Virus record (IMG/VR): IMGVR_UViG_3300030330_004956
Span: 1-64,000 of that record
Source: a virus
Lineage: Duplodnaviria; Caudoviricetes
DNA: 64,000 bases
Strand: one strand, 5' to 3'
Shown: positions 20,901 to 32,900 of the stretch, piece by piece
Layout: the number at the start of each line of letters is the position of its first letter
Position numbering within the stretch: position 1 is the stretch's first letter
Program-made: the position numbers and the translations under genes
The notes under the pieces: model-generated
Seen by the model: the letters and a program-made list of their open reading frames with translations, nothing else
What the model was told of the DNA's origin: nothing
The model's database searches: none

Positions 20901-23900
20901 CGCCCGAGTAACATATCCAGAAATCTTGCAAGGCGATGATATGATAGAAATTAGATTGCAAGATGATGTTAAGTTTACAAAAAATACTTTACCACAAGAC
21001 TATTATATCGCATTTGAAAAATCGATGGCACAAACTGTATCTGAAGAGATGATTCGATACATGGCGTCTGTTAAAGACTTCAACAATCTTATTGGACGCC
21101 CAGTCAATCGCTATAGAATGGAATATAAAGACTTGTCTAAGTTAAGACAATTGTTTTTTGAGAAGATTAGAAACGAGCCAGATCTTGACAAGTATATTGA
21201 TTACTATAAGTGGCTCGATGACGCACTAGGTGAGATGCTTGTTGCTCTTGTTCCTGCGTCTCTTAAACATTCTGATGGAATCAATAATGTAATTGAAAAC
21301 TATATTTTTGCAAGAGATAAATACTTTAATAAATTCCCAACAATTGAGTTTAAGGCACCTACTCCAGAAGGCGGTATGAATACAATCAATCGCCACCTTT
21401 ATCCATGGAAAACGGGACATGCCCCAGTCGGTGGCTCACCAGAAAATGAAAATTGTTTTTGGTGGCTGAACCGCGCCGAACGCGATCGCCCCATCTTGTC
21501 TGGCTCTAATTCTGGCTCTAACCACTCCAGAGTAAAAGTTTTTCAAAATAGAAAATCTGTATTAGATCGTTCATTCACCACCGCGCAACATTTCGCAGTA
21601 GATAGAGGAAGAAGTCTGCATGGTGGGGTGAACTATGAAGATAACAAAAAGAGAGATTATGTCTGGAGTGCCACCAAAGAAGTGGCTGAATACCCGCTAC
21701 AGTACAATTTGTTTGGCGGATTCCCATTAAGATACATCTATACAAATAATGAAATGCTCATGGCGCTAAAAGATTGCACTGATGAGCGCCCTGCTCATGA
21801 AAAAATCAAAAGAGCATTCTTTGCAATAGACGGAATGGAGTCGTTTAGACATGCATATCTTAGTAGCTCTCGCGACGGCGTATTCAAGGGTGGCATGGTG
21901 ATGCCATTCAACATAATGTCGTCATCAGTCACCACTGGATATGCTGCTCAGTTAAGTGGCTCTGGTAATATAGGCGGTATCGACTTAGCAAACGTCCACT
22001 CTGACACAACGGACAATACCAATGCAATCCCCTTACAAGGCCCATTTACTGAAAGGTGGGTTGGAGGACACCAATCTCGTCATGCACCAGTTAACAGGGG
22101 AAGTGATGGCGAAGCAAGCAGAGGTGAGGGATACAAGATCCTTGTTAGTGATTTGTTAAATGAGAGTGGTGCCCTTGGTGTTGTTGGAGCAGATTATCCA
22201 GCGCCGTATTCAAACATGGTAGATGCACCACACTTTAGAGTCGATCAGGCAAAAGCTAGATATTATCGCGATGGCAGAGCAAAACGTCCATTAAATATTA
22301 AAAACATTAAAACTTCTGGATCTCAAGTAGGAAACTACCAGAAAAACTATCAATTTGTACATACGTTTGGCAGAGCACAACAACGATTGTGGATGAGAGA
22401 ACAATCAGTTACTATCCAAAGACATAATGCAATCAATAAAACAATGCCTACCACAACTCAAGAGACTGGTTTGTTCGCCCGCGGTACCGGCTCGGCGGGC
22501 AATACAATGTCCAACTTTCATTCTTCTAGCTTGTATTTAGGCGGTATAAATACTAGCACAAATGAGACAGTCAACACTGCTACAGATTCAGTCTTAGCTA
22601 CAAAATTCTCAGCCCCGGGCTCTTATGAAACAATGTCTGATATCTTCTTGGACTTATATGGACGAGAAAAATCTGTTTACAATGCGCTACCTTTCCGTAA
22701 TTTGACAGTCAGAGGCTCAGGCTCTGGCGAGTCAGGAACATTCCGACTTATAGACATCCATGGCAACAGATATGGACTCAGAACACACCTAACACGCCAC
22801 TCTGCTAGATTTGGTATTGATAGTGTGGTTGGCTCTGGAAAGCCATCATTCCATAAAGTAAACAGAAATGCCAAATGGGATGCATCAGAAGAGTCGTATG
22901 ATTATGATAACTATTGGCATCAACATCACATACCACAATCAGACTTTCAATACAAGTGGGTAAAGTTGTCTCACACTGCAACGCTAGCCACATCATCTAT
23001 GGCTGGGCATTTATTGTCTGATTTTTCAGAGCCATCTGGAACTACCGCGAGATATCCACATGAGCATATAAGCTATGCTGTTCCAAGTCAAAGTGTTGTT
23101 AACAGAAGAAGAGACACGATGACTGCATATGGATATCCTAGTTGGGAACAAGTAAGAAATAACGATACCCCAGAAAACAACAAATTAAAAAAATCTTATG
23201 GATATAATATCTTCAACAGAATTACGCTACCTGCCAATGCAGCGCACCCACACCCATCAGGAAATTTCCTTGACATAACAGGCTCTAGAGAAGAGTCTAG
23301 AGTTACGGCAAACATTCCCAATAAAGTCGATTTGGCTTACAAAAAGAGTAGATTTGAATTTATATATCCATATGTGAACATGAGATATCATTTTAGTAAT
23401 CAATATTTTCATTACTTGAACGTGAATCCAAATGCTAATGAAACAATGTATGAAACTTTTTATTCTTACTACTCGAATAACGCAAACCGTACAGAAGATA
23501 ACACAGGATTTTCTGTGATTAGACACAAAATTAGGCAAAACGTTTTCCCACAATACATCAAACATACGAAGTTCAATGTAAGACACAGGCACTTTTACAC
23601 TTCACACTTTTGGGCAGATGGTGAAAATAAACTATACAATACGGACACTAGCGAAACTGGATCCTATCATAGACTTGATGAGATCGGACGTAGGCAAACC
23701 AACGTTACTGCCTCTCTGTTTAAGACTGAAAACTTAAATACAATAACAAAGTTAAATATTTCAGCCGCACCTCCAGTTATGACTAACATAATCCCATCTC
23801 AGTCAATTTGGAGTATGGATTCTAGAACAAACTTTACATCTTCAAGTCCTCAGATCGGTGCATCCAACTCTGCCGGCGCCCCCGGAGTCTTGCAAAATCA

Positions 23901-26900
23901 AGATCACCATTTCCATAACAACACAAGCAAAGCAGTATTATTACAATCTGGATCCGCCGCATCAGGCTCTTTCCAAATGTCAGGTGCTACAGTGCCCGGC
24001 ACGAAAGCAACCGGCTCGTTTACTGTTAGAGGAATTATACCAGTTGGAAATAAAGCAACCGGTAGTTTCCAAGTAACTAGTTCAAATGTTCAAGGTACAT
24101 CTGGACAAGTAATATTCCAAGCGCAGCCTGCAAACGTAGCTGCTGTAAGCGCCTCGTATCAGTTCAGAGTAAAGGGCAGGGAAATACCGGGACAATTTGC
24201 TAAAGCTAGATTTGAGGTTTCTGGAGCATTTTTCACTGGTTCTGCGAGTAGTGGTAGTTTTGTGTTTGACAAAGATATTCCCCTAGGTGGAAGGCGATCA
24301 TATGTAATCGCCAGAATTTCAACCAACACATCTAGACAGGGTGATTTACTAAAGCTAAACCGCCGATTCGAATCTGATCATTCGTTTTTGTTTAATCCAC
24401 AAGGGTTTACCGACTTTCCAGCCAACACTTCCTCGCTTATGCCTACCAATCCTCGTCGATCGATATGCTTAAGCGGTTCTGAATTTATTGGTGTCACGTT
24501 GCCAACCACCGGCCCGGGCTCAGGACTTTCCGGCGTAGGTACGAACAAGATACAGCCTAGAATTTTTTCAATGTATACTAAGATTACAAACAGTTCGTTA
24601 TTACATGCTACTAATAAGAAATACTTAGTATACCTATACGATGCCGTTAACGGTAATCCTGTTTTAGAGTTATATTATAATAGTGGATCCGGCGGCGGAA
24701 ATCCAACATCATATGATCTTGTTATGAGAGAGTATAGACTCTCAGGATCATCTTTAGGCTTTACACAATTAACATGGGCTGGAGTGGGAGGCTCAACTTC
24801 ATGGAGAAACTTTACAATTTTCACTGATCCTTCTTCGATCACCGGCGGCGGACAAATTGGACATACAGCTTTGTATATTGATGGAACTAAGTTTGGTACC
24901 GCACCTACCCTCGACACCAGCGGCATGGCGGGAATGGGCAGCGCAACCAGTATGGTATACAACGAGCCTACAACAATGTACATTGCTGGCGCACCAAATT
25001 CACTCATATCCGGCGATCATCGATGGACTGCCGAAATTTGTATTGATTCGTTCGTACAGTGGGGAAGCTCGTCATATCACCCAGATATTGTTGCCACCCA
25101 AGGAACGAAACAACTCAACTTTGTGACAGCAATATATAACGGCGGAACATTAGAGCCGCATTATAGTAACACTGGTAGCGCACATATTACTCAATATTAT
25201 GACTTTGGACAAGGAAGAAAAGGCACAAGTACTAGTCTTGCTTTTTGTGACGATATCAAGTGGCCCGGAAGATTCTTCAATCTGGATCCGTCATCATCTC
25301 CAATAGGCTTAAACAATGCAAAGATATCTACTGGTTCTCTTTTTAATCATATTGTAGTCGGTGATGGCTTAGATCCGCAGCACTCCACAGCCGCTTGGGT
25401 AGGAACTTCTGGAAGTAACATTCACAACAAAAAAGCTAGATTTCGTACTGGAAAATTTGTGGATCCAAAAACGGAGCAAGATTGGAGAGATCACATCGTA
25501 GCAACAATTTCATCGGTGCAGTCCAACGATACGTTTTTTGATATAGAAGCTCGCGTCCAAGAAGAAACAGCATCTTCTAACATGTCTACGACATGGTATA
25601 AAAGGACATCCGGTTCTTTTGCCGCAGATCCTTTAGCTACATACACCTCCGGTAACGGAGGCATTTCCACCGGCGATACCATTGGATCTGTATTACTTTA
25701 TGTGGTTTCGAAACAACAAAGTATCGGCAATGATTATCAGTTAGATACGTGTTTCGGCGTCAATGCACAATCAGGACAACTTAGAAGTGTACTTGCTTTA
25801 TCATCCAGTACCACTTCCAATGCTCCCGTTCAAGACGGCACCGTAATACATGACACTGGAATTAGCATCGGTGGAACTAGTATATTCTTGGATCACCACA
25901 GTAGTTCTCAAACGCCGGCAAACTGTGTACGTACTTGGACAACTCTTAATAAATCTTTCGCTATGTCATCCACCAGTGGATTTAGATTAAAAAACGATTA
26001 TCCCGTCAACGGGCTATTGAACAACATGCAAGACAGCACCATGTCATGGTGGTACGCTAAAGATGGTGACAATACAGGCTCCGGACATATGGCATTCGCA
26101 ATTCAATTTGATGCTGCATGTAATCCATCGGCAGGACAAGGCGGCTATCATTTCTTCTACGGCGGATCCGCAATAAACATTAAAGTATTCGCATCTAACA
26201 CAGTACACAGAAGAGTACAAGTTACATATGCCAATATTGCCGCTCAGGGTGGACAATTGGCGAACTTCAATGTAGATGATTTTAACCACTATGCTATTCT
26301 GTTTGATGCTAGTACTTTCGATGATAATAATGGTACTGCCGGCTTCAAACTTTATGTTAATGGGGTAGAATATACTGGAACCTATTCATACAGTAGCACC
26401 GGCACTTCTTTTGGCGGAAGAGGGCAAAATTTGCTTTCACTAGCCTTAATGAATGGTATAACACATAACAACTATAGAATGTATGGCAGGTTTACTCAAT
26501 TTGCTGCTCACAGAACTCTTCTCACCGCCGCCCAAGTTAGGGAATTGTACTCCGGTGGTAGGCATGATGAGGTACAGCCTGTAGATCCCAAAAATCTGGC
26601 TCATTACTACCCCCTTAACAATATTCAAGATGGTGTTAATGCAGCTTCTGTTAATGACACTTTGACTACTGCTGGCATCGCCCACGTACTGGACAAAACC
26701 CTGAATAGCGCCCGAAGCGCCTGTAATCTTACTGTAAATGGTGCTAATGGCATTAGACTTCGAAATGGCATACCGAGCAACAATAGAAGCACAACCGTAA
26801 TAAAAAATGCGCTCGAAGAAACAATATCAAATGTAGTTACCAATTTTACAGCTAGTCGAAGTGGAGATAGGTTCACGATTATTTCAACAACCGCCAACTC

Positions 26901-29900
26901 ATCATTTGATGGTACTGCCATAAATAACACCGCTGACAATTTTTATACCGGCGCCTCTGAAACTTCTGGTGGACTTGACTCTAGTGGATCTGTCCAAGGG
27001 CATAACTTAGCAATTGGCTCTAAGACGTTCATAGCAGACGGACTCGGAACATCAAATACAGCAACTAATTTTTACATTGCCAACAATAGTACCGATTCGG
27101 ATTTTTGGGACGATCTTTCGCAATCTATCAAAGATAACACTGTCTTTGACACAATCAATATTACAGGAACAGGCAATAAAAGATTCTTTAACCTGACGGC
27201 ATCCACTACAGGTACTGCAAATAATGGAGGATTTTCTGTTGATACTGGAAATAGCTTCAGAGTTCTTCAGGATGCCCAAGGCGGAACTAACCATGCAGGA
27301 ATTTTAGATGATGATCGTATCCAACTTAAGCCATCCACCAATAGTTCTTTATATAGAACTTTTAGGGCTGATTTCGGCGGAAGTGATAGTGATACTGCGA
27401 CAATTAAATTTGTCCACTCATCACAGTCTTCAGATGTTAATTTCTGGAACGCCCTAAAAACCAAGATCGAAGCAGAAGGGTTTGGGGTAGCTTATAATGC
27501 TAACAGCCCGTCAGGCGGCGTAGCTACCTTTACGATAACAAATCACATAGGAGGCGCCGCAGGTAACTCTCCCAATAATAACATTATAGATACACCGTCT
27601 TTCGATCATCACACGGCAACTACAAAATTTGCAGGAGGATCTGACACTGATGGCGCCCAGCCGGGTGACACAATTACAATCAATGGAGTCACTATTACTC
27701 TAGTAAATTCAGCCCCCGGCAACAATCAAGAAGTTAAAGTTACAGGAGTATCTGATACTACATTCTGGAACTCTTTGAGTTCAAGTTTAAGTCACTCTAT
27801 TGCTCCCACGTATAATGTTGTAAAAGCCGGCTCAGGCTCTCCAAGGACGTTTACAGTTACTTCAGTTGCAACTGGCACCGCGCAAAATCCAAACGCATCG
27901 GAGGGCGGATCTTCCTTTACAATCGATTCACAAAATGTTGGTACCGCCGAATCTGGAGCAGAGAATGGCGATGAGATCATCATTGGCGGTTCAACTTTCG
28001 CAATTAATTTAGGCTCTGGGCTTGGCACCGGCTCAACATCAGATTTCCATAATGCCCTTAAGGATCAAATTATAGCAGCAACAAATTTTGACACAATCAC
28101 TATTACAGCGCTCGGTACAGGGTATTCTGCTTTCCGCCTTACTTCTTCTGTAACTGGAACCGCTGAGAATGTTGACTTTGAGACAAATTCCGCAGGATCT
28201 AGAAATACATTTAATAACACCCAAGGAGCAGGCGGCGGAACGAATGCATTTGGTATTGGACACCGAGATCACATCATATTCAAAGACACAGAAGACTCCC
28301 AAGCTGGCACCGCCAATGTAAGATTCTTAGCAGATACAACTGGTACTGGATCATTTGCCGGTAATTATACTAAAGCAATTAACATAAATACCGGTGGTGT
28401 AGGCTCTGGTGATGATCCAAATCCATTAACTGGCTCTACTGACGAAGAAAAGAGTAACGAGTGGTGGAACAAGCTTTCAGCATCTATTAAGGCAAATACA
28501 GGATTTGACGAGATTACTATTACTAAGGCTGATAACGTAGCAGTGTTTCACTTAACTGCATCTTTAACAGGCTCTAACTTCAATAACGATATCGTTTCTA
28601 TTCACTTGGCACCCACAACGCCCCCTGCTGGGCACGGGTTCGAAGCCTTTAGCCAAACTAAGGGAGGCACAAACGAAACTGGCGCCAAAGTAGGAAATAC
28701 TATTACCCTTGGCGACGGCACGCAAGGTGGGTTTGTAAACTTTTCAATAGTATCCAGCAGCAGCCCCGGCCCAAGAGAAATTAATGCTGCCGACACTACA
28801 GACTCTGCAATGTTTGACGCACTGTCAGCTAGCATCAAAGCGAACACTCCATATGGAAGTATAATTATTAATTCATCTAGCATCCCGGCTACATTTCATC
28901 TAACTTCATCCCGTACATCCGGAGTAGATCCATATACTGGATTACCAGATATTACTGGCTCTAATAACAATTTTGCTGTCGGCATCGGTGGCAGCAACAG
29001 AACATTTAGAAACGCTGTGGGTGTACAAGGTGGTACTGATGGCTTGTTTAAGTTCGTTAAGTTTACAGAAGTCATCCCACAACCTAGATATGCATACCCG
29101 CATATTCTTACTTCACCCGGCTCCGTCCGTGCTCCATCTGCTAAGTCTAATTTGGGATTAATCACTCCAGATTACAAGCTCAGATCTAACCACTTTAACT
29201 TAACCAGATCTCTAGGAAAAAGCACAGATGGGCTCTATGACAATACTTCCAGATGGATAACTCCAGATCTCACTGGACTGACTCCATTCGATTCAGACTA
29301 TAATACATGGTATGAAGATATCAAAGCACACAACAAGCATTTTGCTCTGGTTCCGGAGTTTAGAATTAGTAGCCATGTGCCATCTATCGTGGCATCTGGT
29401 ACAGATTTGTTTGATTATTTCTCTAGAAATTATTGGATGGAATTGACTGGTACCAGTTTCGACGATGGAAAATCAGTTGCAACAAACCGGCGCCCTAATC
29501 AAAACAAGTTTGTTGGAGAATATGCTATAACAACAAACATCAAAAATGTTGACACAATCGTGGAAGACAATAATTCAAATAATGTATTCCCGTATAAAAT
29601 TACTCTAACCTGCGAAGCATTGAAAAAATTCTTGCCATATGAAGGATTTTATCCACAAACCAGAACAGTACAAATGTGTGAAGCGTTCGCAAACTCTTAT
29701 GGTAAGCACTTCCGCGCCCAAGAGGCAGATCCCTCTAATACTAATTTAGAGTTCCCAATCAATAATGTGCCCGCACAATCGCGCCCTATTTATGATGCAA
29801 TTATGTCTCCCGGTATTTTGTACAATACAATTAAATCTGGTATGGCTGTTGACTATCCTGTGTTACTGAACAGGCTAATAACCGGCTCTTATCTGGATCC

Positions 29901-32900
29901 ATATGGCGGAACGAACTACATGATTCGAAACGAGTATTTCAACGAAAGACTTCCTTTTGAAACTTTGATCTCCCCGGAAGCGCATCTTTATAAAAAATCA
30001 ATTGTTGATGCTAACCCACACCCAAGTTCATCTTTCAACTTGAAAACCAGATGGACTGGACAAGGAGATATAAATTATAAATTAATGGCTAATAACTTCT
30101 TTGCAGAGACTATTGAGTTCTTCTTGCAAGGCGGTAAGACGTCAAGGATTATTTCAAAGCCAGATACTGATCCTAGTTTTGGAATCGTTCTACAAGATCA
30201 CGCTGGCAGACTGCCAGTATATCGTGCAATGTTTAGGGTTTACAAGTCGAAGAAGGCTCACCCGTACTTAGAATTAAGCGGAACTACAGATATTATTTCC
30301 GGCTCAGATAGTGCATTTGATAAATTTCATAACCGTCCTCCAAGTGGCACAAATTATTTCTTGAAAGAGTACGGACAAAGAACTGGTAGTGCTTTAGAAT
30401 ATGACATTCAAAAAGTTAATTTCCCACGTCCGCAATTTAACCCATATGTTGAAGTTGAAACAATGACAATGTATTCGCAACCAAATGCATTCGGCCCACC
30501 ATGTGCTGGCGGAGTTGCTGTTCAACTTAAAGACTTCGGTGGTGGTGGAGGTGCTGCCCGCGGCGGTACGAACAACAACACGACATATATGATGTATGAT
30601 TCTACAAATGGGTACAACTCTCCGTTTACACCACCATACTACGATGGCGAAGCATGGGCTATATACACGTTTGCCCCTATCAGATCCGGTAAGCATACTT
30701 TGGATGAAATCATAGAAAACACAACTGTTAAATACCTCAGATACGAATTGAATCATGAAAGTGGTTCTTTTGGAGATCGCGGTACCGCCGGCCCACAAGG
30801 ATTTGCAATTAATGACAATGCTATGCAAGCTAATGCATCGTTTGATCTTTTCAAGCAAATCTCCATCGCCCCTGCTGTCTTCGATATTGCCGGTGAAACA
30901 CAGGCTGTCGATAAAGATCCTAGAAAAGAAGGAAAAGCTTGGGTTATTCAATCGAAATTTGAAACTCCGATTCTGGATTTCTCTAAGTATCTCAACAGAG
31001 AATACAACGCTGAATTCGAGTCTGATGTAACCTCTGCCGATATTTATACCGCCAGCCTAAGCCTTAGTGGTGCCAGCCAAGAAAAAGATAACCTAAGCTC
31101 CGTACACGCTTCTCTGGCATCTGTTAGTAAGTTGTCAGGAGCGTTGAATCCAATCGGAATGTGGCACCAATATGGTGAATTCCCAGAAAATGAAGATAAA
31201 GGCATCTTTATGCAATTGGTTGATGTGCCCCCAAGCTATGTCGAGTTGGGTACTGAGATGACAATCGCGAATCCAAAATATACATTAATACAACCAAATG
31301 ATCCGTCATGTGATGCTTCGGGAATGGGACAAGTATATGCAACAGCTTCGATAGTATCTGAAGTTCTGCCTTATTTTAAGAAAACTGAAATTAGAAGAAG
31401 ACTGGAAGGTGTTGATGAGTTCTCGGCAGTCGGCGGAGCAATTCAGGTTCTAAACGCTGATACAGGAATTATTTTAGACACAGAACTAAGAGAAGCAGAT
31501 CTACAAGCAGCATTTGGAACATTGCCTACCGCAAACTCAGGAAATATGATTGGAAACTTCAGTGTATTCAATGTATTCCGAGATTCGACAAACTATACTA
31601 TGAATATATTGACTGGCTCCACTTTCAGTTCTGGTAAGTTTAAGGTATTCTCCGCTGGTTCTGATGTTTCCAATGATTACTCCAGAGCTACTACTGGAGA
31701 TTTCCCGGGACACTTTGCTGCTTCGTATTATCACTTTGATCGTCCTACGACTTATGCACCGTTGCTAATCGCTACCAAGAATCTCAATAGTCTTAAGTAT
31801 GACTTTGGAGAATTCAGAAATGGCTTCTTTGAAGATTTCCTCAAAGATTTCTCAATTGGTATACACTATTCAGATCAGTCTCCAACTTTCGGAGACAGTG
31901 AGCCAATGAAATGTGCATCTGGTTCGCAAGGGCTTGTATTCGTGCCTAAGCTCCTTATTCACACTTTAGAATTGAAGAATAACAATTTGACTTTAGGTAC
32001 CCTTTCTGAATTGAAAGCGGATGACACAATAACAAAAGAATTGTTGGGCGTCAACACAATCATAACAAACAATAATAAAACTAAAAAGAGCTTCAAGTCA
32101 TTAAAGAAAGTTATTTCAATGCCTCCTGCTGGCTTGAAAAAGCCTAAATCTGTCGGAGACTTCCAAGTTGGCGGATTCACGGGAGTCACAAAGAAATTTG
32201 ATCTTATTCCACCGCGCCCCGCTGTACAAACTCAGCCTAGCACCGCTTCATATACTCAGTTTGAACCAATGTTCGTCCGCGCAGCAATCAGATTTAACCA
32301 AGGTGCCCCAACACAATCTGCTAATCAACTCTATAATACTGATAACTTTGCCAGTATGAGCCAATACGCTCCACAAAATGAAAACAATATTGCAGGTAAT
32401 GCATCAACTGTTAGATGGGGACAATACATGCATACTGAAGGGGTTCACCAGTTAACTAAGTCTTTAGCTGATCTAGTTGGGTTCAGTCAGCAAAAAGTTA
32501 AAATGGGCGTTACCGCCGAAGCAAGAATTATCAGAGAAGCTGTAGTTGCAATTCCATACGTACAAGAAGGCGGAGTGAGAAATTATCTTAATTTGAATAA
32601 GCCGGCGGTAGATAAATATCTTTTCGCCAAGGGCTACACGCGCTTTGACAGAACAACAGAGCGAGGGCAAAAGATGGATCCACCAGTAGGAGCCGATGTT
32701 ATTGATGATATCGAAACAGCTTTGGGTGGTGATACATCTCCAGATTCCTTTAGTGATCCAAGAGACTTGGTGCATTCATCTGTGAAAAGACAGATTTCCA
32801 AAATGAGACAATATAGTTTACCGCCACATTTGGATTTCGTCAAATTTAATATTAACCCAGTCGCAATGTATTTCTTTGAATTTAAGAAAGAACTAAACAG

